A program made the position numbers and the translations under genes. Below the pieces are notes generated by a model. The model ran no database searches, had not been told where the DNA came from, and saw nothing but the letters and a program-made list of their open reading frames with translations. From Styela clava (lineage: Eukaryota), in NCBI RefSeq assembly GCF_964204865.1, contig NC_135251.1, positions 17,484,001-17,548,000 on the forward strand: 64,000 bases of DNA, given 5' to 3'. Shown here in pieces: positions 49,642 to 62,448 of this stretch. Within the stretch, counting starts at the first letter, position 1, and the number at the start of each line of letters is the position of its first letter.

Positions 49642-49953
49642 TCATTGTATCTGTTCCAATGCTTCCAACATTATTATCGAATTTCCACGAACGACCAAAG
49701 TTCCAACAGGTGCAGTGGTCCCGTCTTTTTTGCGCTCTGTTCCATCATCCACAACTAGATTCATGAAAGGATCCAAACCTTGCAAAACACCCGTAACAGA
49801 TCGTCCACCATTTAACTTTAAATCCAATATTTTATTCATAAAACTCTTTAATTCCGGTGGAGGGACGTTGCTTATGTTGATAATACGCGATACAAATCCA
49901 ACAGTCAGATCAGGATACAAATAACGGTACAGGGACTGCCATAGCTTTTCCAT
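49642..49953 (-). CDS. SNRPG: Intronless Sm protein G (SmG)-like copy; canonical start position reads ATA (49875-49873), in-frame upstream ATG at 49953
   Basis: PPELKSFMNKILDLKLNGGRSVTGVLQGLDPFMNLVVDD...VGTLVVRGNSIIMLEALEQ matches the SmG Sm1 and Sm2 motifs. 77 codons from the ATA to the stop, with no stops or frameshifts. Functional status uncertain. Confidence 0.8.
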   Translation of the reverse strand: MEKLWQSLYRYLYPDLTVGFVSRIINISNVPPPELKSFMNKILDLKLNGGRSVTGVLQGLDPFMNLVVDDGTERKKDGTTAPVGTLVVRGNSIIMLEALEQIQ

Positions 49954-50101
49954 ATCCTGTGGCAATGATCTAGTCTTTTCCAATTAATTTTAACGTGAAT
50001 TGAAATATCAAGTGATCCGAGTAACTTCTCTATTACCCGGGCAATATACAATATAAATTCTCCAATAATCATGTACGGTACGATAACTTACCATTACCTA
50101 T

Positions 50102-50598
50102 AAACCTTTCCCCGAGCATCGTTTTCCTTGTTTACTTCGTGACATTGGCCAATCAGCAAGATGCAAAAATGACGTAACAATGCCCCCTTTTCACATCCGC
50201 TCAGACACTTTTCTCACTCAGACAGATTTTCAAGTGTGGCTGTAAACATTACCTCGTTTTCGCGTTTTTGAACTTTATTAGTTAGTTTTCAGTTGTGTTT
50301 CGGAAACTTAAATATGAAACAGATAATTCAATGATCACTCTTTCTTCCTAGGAGTTTTAATTTGATTGCAGTAATAAAAATTAGTGTAGAAATAGCTGTG
50401 ATAGACTAGCCTGAAATTCTTTACCGGTACTTTCAAAAAACAGATTGTTGTATTCGATAAATCATAATGATGGTTTGAAACACATACCCCATTTTACAGG
50501 CGCCAACTCGCAAAAGCACTCTTAAAATGGCCCCGAAAATTTTGCAATGGTAAAGTATAGAAATAATTTTTCGGGGGTCAAAGGTCGGAGAAAGGTCC
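50102..50598. mobile_element. Non-autonomous ISL2EU-type (PIF/Harbinger-related) element
   Basis: Ends AAACCTTTCCCCGAG / GTCGGAGAAAGGTCC, each flanked by AT. Same TIR family as the adjacent large element, opposite orientation. Confidence 0.6.
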
Positions 50599-50659
50599 AT
50601 AGCCTATGGACCTTTCCCCGACCTTTGACCTTTATTGTTTTGATTTTGTTCGCTCAGAC

Positions 50660-53600
50660 CAATGACGTTAAACAACATGATGCGCAACGAGACAAAAACG
50701 AGCGGATGTGTGCTGCTTTCAAGGCATAGCACCAATGGTGTTTGTGCCTGCTTTGACAGTTGTTGTCGATTTTAATGATATTTTGGAAAGTTGAGTTAAA
50801 AAGAAATCGGAAAAAGGTAAGTTAAATACTATTGTTGCATATCACACCCGGGCATCGCACTGTTAAGTACATGGGAAAGCCAGCTTTTTCAAATACTACG
50901 AAGTTATTAATTCAGTACGGTACGTAGTTGCCCATTTGCCGATATTGCATATTTACTTACTCCTTATGGTTTCAAATGGTTCATGCACCTCCATTCAGAT
51001 TTTTCTAACCAATGAGGATATATACGCATTGCTGTAACATACCATTGCTCAATCACTTTTATTTGCGTATTGATTCAAAGGTTTAACAAGTTCACCTAAC
51101 AATTCACTCATACCGGTCTATATTGTATAGTATGATCTCTCAAGTATATGAAGCCACGAATGACTGTAATTTTCGGACTAAACCCCTTCATTAGTTGGTT
51201 TATATACCAAATTCAGTAAGATATTTTTTACATTTAACATGAGACATTGGATTTATTAAATTTTCCATTCTAAATCATATAGACTGCTTTAAATATTCTT
51301 GACGAAAATAATAAATCTCCTCTTTCTTCAGATGTGAATGTTGTGGACAAACCTGTCTAAACATTGTGAGATTCCTGCAGCACAAGAGGCAATAGCAAAA
51401 ATAGTAAGTATATCAATTAAAAAATTAAGCCGACATAAAGCAAAACCTTCAACTATTCGTCTAACCTCAATTTCCCATTATTTATTCACAGGACAACTGT
51501 AGCAGACGGGCAGATATTAGAAGTCTCTCGAAGTATCAGTGACAGTGTGATTCCAAGAAATATAATTAGAATACTCCATAAATGTTTGCAATAGAAGAAC
51601 AACCTATGGAGGCATGTAAAGACATTTGACCCTCCGGTAGAGTTATGTATGGGTCCTATTTTGTAAAAAGGCACAAAACACGCCAGACATACTTAAAATA
51701 GCTTTGGAAATGTAGATTATTGGTCACTCACTACGCCTGTGTTAGAATTGGTTCATCAACTTTTGGTAGTACTATAGAAGAAATTCAGGGAAAGGTATAA
51801 TCATGATTCATGATAAAATACTTTTCAATATTTTGGACAACTTCAATATAGACCAGGGATGTCAAACTCGCGGCCCCAGAGAACTTCCATGGCGGCCCTC
51901 GAACGCTAAACAATAATTGTAATAATTTTTTGGAAGTTTTTTTTTTCTAAATGTAAAAGATTTTTCCAATTTTTCATAGTGAAATTGATTATTCACGCAG
52001 AAAACAATTTACTGAAAGTAGTTTTGGAAAATTAATTTGTTTTGTTCACATTTTGACCCAATTAAGAATTTACACATCAAGCTAGCAAAAGAATACTTGA
52101 ATAAAACATTTGAGTGAATAAATTAAACGCAAAATACATGAAGAAGGTGGCATTTTCGAAGAAAAATGGGAGTTGCAATATTTCTGCATTTCTCAAAATT
52201 CTGAAGCACATTGTTTAATTTGTCATATTTACATCAGTGCAATGAAATAACACAATAAGCTCAGCAGTCAATATGACAAATTCAAAGACCAACTTCGAAC
52301 AGAAAATTTCCATGTGTTTGTATATTAATATAATTATACAACGACTTAGTTTACTAAAAATCAATATCAACAATAATTCAAGCAATCCTATGCCACGCAA
52401 TGTGGCGCGAAATGTCTTGTCGAAAAAATCTTTGCTTACTGATCTATACACTTTCTTGCATTACTGGAATTAATTAAACATTCTCAAAGATCCATATTAA
52501 CCCATGATCATGTGACCTCGTTAGTTAGAGTTGGTACTATTAAATCATTTCAGCCTGGTCTTAGTATGCTGGTGACACCAAAAATTTGCCAAACGTCAGG
52601 ACAAATGTAATTGAGTAAACAATGAGTTTATACTGTAGTATTTTTGTTAATTTTAGGTCCATATATTTAGATTAAGTCATTTTTAGTGTATGTATTATTC
52701 TTTCCTTATCCAAAGCTTGTTCAAAAATGATTTTGATGGTTGTACATAGAATTTTATGTTTTTTTTTGTAATAAATACAGTAGCTGGCAATAATAGTGGA
52801 ATGCAAATATTAATAAGTAATTGCATTTGGAATTAAAGAAAATAATAAAACTTAATCCAACTGTTTAATTGCATCACAATATATGTCACAAACTAAAACT
52901 ATCTTAAAAATATCTTTCAAGTATACATTATCAAAAACTGTTTGCGGCCCTTTTTACAATTTCCAAAATGCGATGCGGCATATTGTACGACTTGTATTGT
53001 AACTTGTATTTGCTGTCGCAATGTACTATCTCAATGTGTCAAACTTTTAATTGGTGTGCATATTTTGCTTCCAGGTGACATAAATGTATTGTCCTGTTTA
53101 TTACCTCAGCTTGGAGTATTGACGAGAAAAAGGTACCAGTAAATTACGTAAAATTTTTTTTAACTCTCTGTTGTAATCAGAATTCACAATTAATAGGAAA
53201 TATAAACAGCCAACAATCAATGAGAAATATATGCAAAATTCCTCAGATAAAATTTATCTTTTAAAATCGGAGGAAGGCAGAAGATATAGGTAGTTTCCAT
53301 TCACACAAGTCTTTCAAGAAGACTTGCTCGAGCCAAACTGAATGAGCATCATAAGGTGATCGGTAAAGCTGCAAGTTGAATTCAGCCCTGCAACCTCCTG
53401 CATAGAAGATAATATTAATTAGTGGGCTATGAGCTAAATTCCTAAATTTAGACACAAACCTATTTACCAGGCAATATGTACCATCAATGTTACCTACGAT
53501 AAACTGAATATGTAATATGTCTAATAAATTCACCTACTAAAGCAAGTTCGATGGGTGCAAACTTTGTGTTATGGAAATGTATCACAGCACCGTTAAAAGA

Positions 53601-54038
53601 AGTATAAACAGTTTTGTAAGACACCCTCTTTAAATGAAATTTCAATGTTTAAGTACAAACATTAAAATTAGTAACTTTGAACTTGGTCATTATCTGCAAA
53701 ATGTTCCACACAAATCTTTACACTATCGTGTTTGTAATCTTCTCTGATAAAAAAACTTTTATGATGTCCAGAATTACACTTTACAGCTAGCTTGTCTGCC
53801 ATTTCAGCTTTCCAAGTGAGCAAAACTTCTTAGATATAATGATTATTTTCTTTCGTTACAGGCGCAAAAAGGCAGGTACTACACGTAAAAAAGGCGCCGA
53901 GTAGCAAAAGCGAACGGGAAACGGTCGCGAAAGGAGACGATAACTATGTGCATTGGAGCGTATCATGAAATACAATCTTTCGCCTTTAGTCTTATGGAGT
54001 GACGTCAGAGTTGCCTATCATGTTGTTTAATGTCATTG
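50660..54038 (-). mobile_element. Decayed P-element-superfamily transposon
   Basis: 29-bp TIR CAATGACGTTAAACAACATGATGCGCAAC (26/29 match at the right end) and 7-bp TSD CTCAGAC. Minus-strand remnants: THAP-like KICVEHF (~53710), YRSPYDAHSVWLEQVFLKDLCEW (~53300-53367) and RGDLLFSS (~51310). Confidence 0.75.
51854..52980 (+). mobile_element. Internally deleted hAT/Charlie (SPIN/GTF2IRD2-like) element, right end lost
   Basis: Left TIR CAGGGATGTCAAACT after ATATAGAC. N-terminal remnant KRKIHEEGGIFEEKWELQYFCISQNSEAHCLIC (~52125-52223) and C-terminal remnant RSILTHDHVTSLVRVGTIKSFQPGLSMLVTPKICQTSG (~52488-52601). Confidence 0.8.
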
Positions 54039-54329
54039 CTCAGACAAACATTGCAAATATTCAGGCTTGTGTAGGGCGATAGAGTGGTACGTTGCTCGTT
54101 TTAAAGGCCTTCGAATGGCATTTCACTGGTGATGGTGGTATTTTCGTGCTTCTAAAGTTATAACATATTGTCAAGTGATCTATTATTAACGTTATTCCGC
54201 CTTCACACTGTCACATTGCCGTTACCGTACCTAAATTAGTTCCAAAAGCTTGTTTAACATACAAAAATGGAATCACTTAGAGATTCTATGACTTGGTTCT
54301 CCAAGAACTTTTCTTTCCACCAGCTGGAA

Positions 54330-55860
54330 AAGGATACAAAATTTTTCATTGAAAGGTGATATTTAAACTTATATGGTTGAAGAATGTCAGAGGACTGTGA
54401 GACTTACGTGACTACCGGTACCGTATCCCATGGTTCATAGACTAATAGATAGCGTCCATGTTAGAACTAAAGTGGTGGGTTTAGTATAGAAACAAATGAA
54501 ATGCAGGGGCAGTTTAAAAAGTCTTTTAAATACATTTTTGGAAACATTGCACAAACTACAGCAATCTGTAATTATGAACAGATGAATATTTTTTCAGATA
54601 CATTCATGATGGTTCAGTCGTCAATCTTGGTTCAACGCTGGAGTTCAAAGCCAAGTGCTATAGATAAGTTCAGGAGGCTCTGCCACCACATCATCTTCAA
54701 AAAGGGGTGTCGCTGGATAGTCACCAAGTCTCTGATGCAATTTGTACATGATAGGCACGGTGAGGGCACTCAAGTTTATGCCACAGATTTATTAGCTCAG
54801 TAAAATGGGTGCAAATATACTATCGAAAGATTAGATTCAATAGGTTTATTGAGGTATTATGATTGATTATATACCACATAAAATTACAAGACCAATAATG
54901 TTATAGTGATAAACATGGTTTGAAAATTGTTACATATACATCAGAACAACTGGTGCTTGTTGTCATATCGTTGGACTAACCAAGACTATGCAACAGATGA
55001 AATTGAGGGGATAAAAGATTTTCCGCTGAGCCAAGCATGTACAAGCCTTCCCCAGCAATGGTAACAACCTATATGGAGGAAACGAAATAGATCCAACAAT
55101 TTTGTGGTCCGTAGTTAGTGCTAAACCCACAAAGTTAGATCGATCCAGAGTTCCAATCATACCGGTTCAACCAAAAACAGTCGGGTATCTCATAGGTTTT
55201 ACAATATAATTTATTCATTCAGTGTAGAAATAGAATATAACAGATTATAAAAAATATATGATGAAGGGACAAGCAGGAAAAAAAATCCAAGAAAATTACT
55301 ACAAATTATACAGTTTTCCAGATATTGTGTTGTATTGGATAAAAATACACACCAGATATATGCTTTTAGGCACAACAAACAAAAACCATGAAAGCAATGG
55401 AACGTCAAAATAATAGAATTAAATTCATTTCACAATTCCATTCACAGACATAATGCATCACAAAGATTTTACTGCTGAGTCATTTTATTAAAGCTCCTGG
55501 TGTCATCTCCTGGTAATGTGGGAGAATTGCGCTCACTGAGCACTACCTCATTGTTATATAGTCAGCCCATAGTCTGATGGGCAAACACCCACCACTTGGT
55601 TCGGTTCTAAAGTTATCAGGTGATTATGAACAAGTTGTAATTTACGTGACAGTGATAAATGCAAAACAACCTAACAAAACAAGGATATTTATCACACACC
55701 ACAGATACTACCAAGTGCAGGGCCAACTTCTGGCATCAGAAGCAGCTTGGTGTGACTTTGCAGTCAGCATACAAATGATATTGCAATCAAAAGGGTCACA
55801 CCGGACATGGCATGCATGCGAAGCATCCTCCATAAAGTAACATAATTTTATCACCAATAG
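54330..55860 (+). pseudogene. SWIM-finger / YqaJ (lambda-exonuclease-like) gene remnant of the ISL2EU element
   Basis: FKAKCYR*VQEALPPHHL...VSDAICT** (~54644-54733) and HHRYYQVQGQLLASEAAWCDFAV (~55696-55766), the YqaJ YYxQVQGQ...WCDF motif. Multiple stops. Boundaries approximate. Confidence 0.7.
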
Positions 55861-56089
55861 ATTGTAAAAAATTCTGCATGAAGTCCCAAGTCTTCAATAC
55901 TAATTTCCCTTCTTCCCGTTCAGTGGGACCAACCTCAAGACGTAGCGGTAGCCTATGAGCAGAGGGGAACGATTAACTCATTCCTAATCTCCCCTTTTCT
56001 TATTTAAATAGGCTAGTGCTGTCTAATCAATGGTTCTCCATCTTTTAAACATCTGGAAACCTATATAGCCAGACTCGATATTTGACTTA

Positions 56090-59000
56090 TTTTATTCATT
56101 TTACATTTTTATTTTTTACTTTTATTTTGTTGTGTCACTGCCATGAAAACTAATTTAAAATACCCACGTAGAAATTGCCACAAATCAGTTCGAATCAATC
56201 AAAAAGCTCTTTATTGTGACATTTGTTCTTCTTGGATACATTTAAAATGTACCAATATTTCTTGACAACAATATGAAAATCTTGATTCTGAAGCTGATGA
56301 AATTACCTTGGTGCTGTTTCCTTTGTGAAATAGACTGTATGCCATTCTCTTGTCTCTCTGATTCTGAAATATCTGAGTTATTTGTTCCCCTTCATACAGA
56401 AAAAGCTGAAGCCCAGGCACTTACCAAAATTCTTGATCCTGAATACCTCAACAAAATGTTTCTTGAATTAGCCAATACTGATACTGATGAATTCAACAAC
56501 ATTGATAGTGTTTTCTTGTACAATTGCTCAAATCAATATATCTGCTCCAGTGATGTCAATGCCCTTAAATTCAACGATAGCCTTAAACTAAGTGGTTTAA
56601 TGACTCTTTCAATCAATATCAGATCTTTAGCCTCTTTCAAAAACTTCACAAAATTTGGAGCACTAGCTAATTCACTGAATTGTAAGCCTCATGTAATTGC
56701 TGTAAATGAAACATGGATTGTATCTGGTACAAATGGCCATTTCAATGCACTGGATGGCTATGTTTTTATCTCTAATAGTAGATGGCCTATTATTCTCTGA
56801 TAAACTGCCCCACCAGGATAATTTCAAGTTCTGCTACCTGTATAGACCACATCTGGACAAACGTATATGATAAAAAAATTAACAGTGCTGTTTTAGCAGA
56901 ATGTGTTTCTGATCATCTGCCGATTGTACAATGCTCTCTTCTAGAAAAGCAAATTCAAACCAGAATTGAAACGCTTTATCGCCAGTTTACTTCGTCCAAC
57001 TTAATACTTTTATGGATGAACTGAATTCTATCGATATTGATGACTTCAGCAGCATCCAGGATCCCAACACTTGCTTTGAAATTTTTTTTGAAAAATTCTC
57101 CCTTGCTTACTCTTAATCTTTTCCTTACAAAAAACAGACCAAACAAACCTTGGTATGATACTGAGTTACGCAAACTCAACAAAGTCAAACAAAAACTTTA
57201 AAAGAAATTAATAAATAATAAAAGCATAAATGACAAGCACAAATTACAGTTCAATGAATGCAGGAACCTTTATACTCGATTGCTCCACAAAAAGAAATGA
57301 AATTATTACAAATCTAAATTTGCTTCTCACAAAGGCAACATCAAGGCAGTGTGGAAAACAATGAATGTACTTATTGGTGAAAATAAAACAAATTCTTGTC
57401 CTTTGTTTGGACTTGATTGCAGTAAGACACAAATTGCAAATAAATTTAATGAACACTTTTCCCAAGTGGCACAAAGTCTGCTCGACTATATGTCACAACC
57501 AGCTGGCTGTGACAAAAATTACATTTCATATCTTGGGAAGCAAGAATCCTCATCCATGTTCTGTTCTTAAGGCCAACTACATCATTAGAAATGGAAAATA
57601 TCATACGCGATATGAAGCCCAAGTCAAGTTTTGGAATCGATGGTATTCCATTCAAAATATTGAAATATGTTCCAGAACATATTATTGATATCCTGACATA
57701 TATATTTAATCTTTCACTGTCTAGTGGATTATTCATTGAAAGCTTCAAGACATCCAAAGTTCTTCCTCTCTTTAAAAAGGGTAGTGTTTCAGATCTTGGA
57801 AACTATAGACCTATTAGTCTTTTACCATCATTTTCTAAGATTCTTGAAAAAATAATGTATAGTAGAAACTACTTTGAAACTAACAAAGTTTTCCACTCGC
57901 ATCAATTTGGTTTCCGCAAGCATCACTCCACTGCTATGGCTGCTAATGTTTTGGTACACAAACTGACCAAGGCGTTTGAATGCAAACAACATGCAATTGG
58001 AATATTTCTTGATATCTCAAAAGCTTTTGACACCATTGACCATTCAATCCTCTTAAGTAAGCCCTATCACTATGGAATTAGAGGCGTCCCATTCAATTGG
58101 ATCAGGAGCTACCTTCAAGACAGGAAGCAAATTGTGCAATGTGACAACTCATTCTCTACAAATATTTGTGTCATGAAGCACGGATTTCCACAAGGATTTT
58201 TACTTGGCCCATTATTTTTTCTAGCTTACATTAATGACATGTCCAGGTGTCTCAAATCCTATGAGTCGATCATGTTTGCTGGTGACACTAACTTGATTCT
58301 TCATGGGGAAAACCTTGAAGATCTATTCACAGCTGGATGTTAGTTAATAAATTATCTCTGAATGCTAACAAAACTAAATTTGTATTATTCCATCCAAGCA
58401 AGCATAAAAGTGTGAGTTGTTCAAAAAAACCTACTGCTCAATGGCAATGAAATTGAAAGAGTGAAAGAAATAAAATTTCTAGGAATTATTTTTGATGAAA
58501 ATCTGTCATGGAAATCACAAATAATGCATGTTATTGGTAAAACAAAAAGAAACCTAGCAGTTTCTGCCAAAGTATCTCAGTGTGTTGATCAATCAGCTCT
58601 ACTGGCAATGTTTCAATCATTACTACCTAGCCATATTCGATATTGTTGTTCAGTCTGGCTTCATGGTAATAAAACACTTGTCTCAAAACTGCAGAGGATC
58701 TGTAATAATTTTTTAAGAATAGTTTTTGGTAAAAGAAAATGTGAAAGTGTAGACTCTTACTTCAAATCACTAAATATACTTAAGGTGGAAGATATGATGA
58801 AATTTGAAATATTATCCCTGGCTTACGACTTCGATAATAATGCGCTGCCCAATTGCTTTAATGACATACTTGTCAAAAATACCTCCAACCGAAGAGGTAG
58901 TTCCGATTTATTCGTACCTTCCGTGAGTCAGCATTTCTTGTCTTTTACTGGACCCAAACTTTGGAATTTAGTTTCCAAATATTAAAAATTACTACTGGTG

Positions 59001-60212
59001 GTATTCGATGACAAAAACTTGGGGACACTCCACACTTGCACATTATTGTTTATAATAATATTGTTATATCTTGCCATGACTTGGCCAGAACTAGTCCAGC
59101 ACCAAAGAAATGGTATTGTGACATGCATGAGTATATATTTTTTTAAATATATAGGTAGCTGACAAACCCGGATGATATTTTCTTTAAATAACTGCAAACA
59201 TTCTATCACTTCACGCTCGTGTTTTTATCTTTTTCTAGCTGTGATGTCCTTATCATACACGCTTGGTCTTATGTTTGAGTGGTGGTAGATAGTATAATAT
59301 AGTTCCTGCAAGGTTACTAATTATTGCAACTAGGCGAGTAGTAGAGCTATGTTGGATTCTCCCCTTCAGATTTTAATTTGCTGTGGGTCATTGAAATTGG
59401 ATGTGGTTTTTATATCATTTATGTATGCATGCATTTTATGTTAAGGCATGCTATTGGTGTTTGAGTTGACTTGTTGGCCAAGGTATAGATAGTGAAATTT
59501 TGTGTGTTTTTTGCATGGTGTGATAAATTTTTCTCTGCCCCAGGCAGAATATCATCATAGATCATCTATCCATCGCTATATAATGACAATACATCCCATT
59601 TATTTAAACAATTATTTTTTGCCTGTAATAAATAGTTCAGAGCGTACAATCTGGACTATAATTTGGTAATAATAGGCTCTAATTTGGGGAATGAAATGGT
59701 CTCGGCCCACCTCTTCATGCACCCAATTCTGGCAACTTGGCATTTGACTCCAACTATAATCAGCTTGGCAATATGTTTTCAATAGAATTTCTTTTATAAT
59801 TCAATTAACGATTAGAAGATCGATCAATTTGGCAATGGCAACCATTACAAAAATATCAATATGATGTGGCAAATAATTTTTTTCTTTCCTAGTATATATT
59901 TATTCTTTTTGTTTACTGTATAGTATACCCCAAATTTATCGCGTTTTATTCTTACTTAAATAACTTCTCAGTGGTTGTGTGTGTGTATGTGGCTGGTGGG
60001 TGCACGTGAGCGTGTGTGAAATAACTTAATAATTTTAGGCGAGTAAACACGTACCACTTCCTCTTGGCAAAACCTTCCATCTTATATTTTGTACGTTATA
60101 AACCTTATCTAAGGTTTCGTTTGCTCCCCTGATTTCATAATCGGTTTTTATTTATTTTTATCTGTCAAATGTATTGTTATGCTGATTATGGAGTCGAAAT
60201 AAACTTATACTT
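56090..60212 (+). mobile_element. Decayed CR1/L2-group non-LTR retrotransposon; PHD-APE-RT frame at 56143-58985
   Basis: PHD (CHKSVRINQKALYCDICSSWIHLKC...WCCFLC), APE (NIRSL, IAVNETW, CIDHIW, SDHLPI) and RT (YRPISLL, QFGFR, LDISKAFDTIDH, GFPQGFLLGP, FAGDT = mutated FADDT). Stops, frameshifts and an internal deletion. 3' end near GAAATAAACTTATACTTAT is approximate. Confidence 0.88.
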
Positions 60213-60488
60213 ATGTTGACTTTTTGTGTTGTTTTATGCCAGAGAACCAAAATAAAATGATGCTGATGCTTGCTTACATTTTTCTGCTGTCTGACAAATC
60301 GCTGTCATTTTCATTAGCGGCACTTGAGGTAGTTTCAACTAAAGAGTCTGGGGGCAGATCTGGTTAGATCCCTGACAATCCTTTCTCACTTTTGTCAAAT
60401 TCGCATGTCTCAGTATCAAGTGAAGTATCTGTAACAGATCCTGTTAAATTATGATCCAAAGTTAAATTATGGTACAAGTAATCCTTAC

Positions 60489-60874
60489 CTCACTATTTGA
60501 TGGTGCTTTGGGCGACAAGAATCTGATATAGGGTGCGGGTATTCATCAGTTGGTCCATCGCCTCCATGGAAATGCATGATGGAACGCATTGCTTGTATGA
60601 AAATTTATATAAAAATTAACATATTAAATATATCATCGGTATTGAACACAATATTTATGTTGGCCTACCTTGGTACACACGTAGGTATTTCTGGTGATTT
60701 TCCCTAGGTTTAATCGACTGTGAGGCCTGTTGCATTCCTTTATCCACCTCATTGCTTTTTGGCGGTCAATATGTGGCTTCGGACAAGGCACAAATCTTAC
60801 TCCATTTGAACGGCAGGAGTACCGTACAGGTTGTCAGGCCGGCAAATACCATATGCGCAGCGTTTAAAAAACAT
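60489..60874 (-). pseudogene. THAP-domain N-terminus of the ISL2EU transposase gene (frameshifted, with intron)
   Basis: MFFKRCAYGIC, then after a frameshift GVRFVPCPKPHIDRQKAMRWIKECNRPHSRLNLGKITRNTYVCTK|gtaggc; the next exon contains HFHGGDGPTDEYPHP. This gives the C2CH THAP signature. Confidence 0.78.
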
Positions 60875-62231
60875 AGTTAGTCTACCAAAATAATTCACTA
60901 ATAGATTCTGTTTAATAAAAATGCAACATCGTATCGAAGGCGAATTCTTCCGTACTGACATACGGTAGGCTATCGGTACCCTTGCACCGGTACCGGTATG
61001 ACTGTCTACTATTTTTTGGTTCGAAATAGCAGTTGGTTGACCTGTACGGTACCTTAATTGTAAGGTGCCTGCAACGGGTACATCCTTTCAGTATAGATGT
61101 ATAGATTTCGTGAACGTGATTTGCAACAAGTAACATACAGTATTACAGCTTTCTAATTCTCGCAGCCCTGTGAAGAAAACAAAAAGCGAAAAAAAGGGAC
61201 AAAGATCTGCCTAAACCGCCAGCAACCTGTGCGGAACGCGTCCAAAGTTGTCTGAGCGACTTTTCAGTGGAGAATGTTTGTTTACATCTGCTCGCTTGTG
61301 ATTGGTTGAGAATACGGATGTTTTGATGTCGGGGAAAGGTCTATAGGCCTGGTATTCGATGGCGGAACGATTCTTCCTTCGCATATAAAAACTCAATTCA
61401 TTTTCTCTCATCAAAACAAACTGCGGTAAGGTAAATTACCAGTACCGTACCTGTAGGCCAAAAATTCGATCGTGAAACGGTTCTTCTTTGGCATATTGAT
61501 CCGATTCAATCCATATTCACTTGCTGTTATCAAAGTAATCAAATATGATGGGCTACAAAACTTGCATTACTGCAATAGTAAGACCGTAAAAGGTACCGGT
61601 ACAGTCAAAAAAATTTCCGAATTTACTAAAAACCGTATTCTCACGAATGAAAACAATATAGCAAAATTTTAGACGAAATGTCAGATTTCATATAATTCCT
61701 ACAAAATTTAGAAATAAATAAAAGTGATAGCCTCTAGAGAAAAATTCTATCTTTAATCACTGAAAATTTCAAAGCAATTGGTCCAGTAATCAACGACAAA
61801 AGTGGGAGAAGAAGAAAGAGAATACCATGACGAAAAACAACAACAAAATAACAAAACGATTCATATAGGTCCAATACATTTTCAATGACATCCCAAAGAA
61901 CAACAACAAAATAACAAAACGATAGGTCCACTACGGGTACAAAAATGAGAAAATGACAATCAAAGGATTCGCAATAGCTGAAAAATAAACCTTCATGCAA
62001 TATATTAGGACCTTGTGTGTCGCTGTTCGATTACCAGCTTTAGTACCCCGCCACTTTCCTACCCAGTAAAACTGTGTAATTATCATTTCTGGGTAATTTG
62101 TACTCGAGTTTTTTTTTCGAGCCCGTTCAAAATAATCTATAATATAATTCTTGGCGTTAATCTGTCTCAGTTCCAGTTGGCTATATTTAGGGCGTAAAAA
62201 TGAATGTTAAATTTATAACAAAAAAGCTTAC

Positions 62232-62443
62232 CTTCTAACAATCTTATTTTCGCTTCCAAACGTTCCTTTGTCCCCTGTTCGCCCCGATCACCGTTGTGCC
62301 TATTTTAAGTATGGTGAGAAATAAACTACTGATTACTGACTGATTACACCAGGCAGACCCCTCCTACCCTCTGGCCCCCGCTTTCCGGGTCTTCCTTGGC
62401 ACTGAGCAGCACATCTATGACTCGATGCAGTTTTGTCAGTCAT
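62232..62443 (-). pseudogene. Fragment of a short-collagen + coiled-coil neck gene (collectin/ficolin-like)
   Basis: CAAQCQ-GRPGKRGPEGRRGLPG (~62348-62413), then exon 62299-62232 (ag...|gtaagc) encoding GHNGDRGEQGTKERLEAKIRLLE. Intervening donor degenerate. No lectin domain identified. Confidence 0.55.
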
Positions 62444-62448
62444 TGAAG

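Larger units (their letters stand above)
50608..61342. mobile_element. Decayed ISL2EU-type DNA transposon (YqaJ gene on +, THAP gene on -) carrying nested insertions
   Basis: TIRs GGACCTTTCCCCGAC / GTCGGGGAAAGGTCT flanked by AT. Convergent remnants of a SWIM/YqaJ exonuclease gene and a THAP-domain gene, the gene pair typical of ISL2EU elements. Confidence 0.7.

Noticed and set aside
57591-58343. Reverse transcriptase as a novel RT system or active element
   Set aside because: Ordinary LINE context. Catalytic FADD is mutated to FAGD and the frame is broken.
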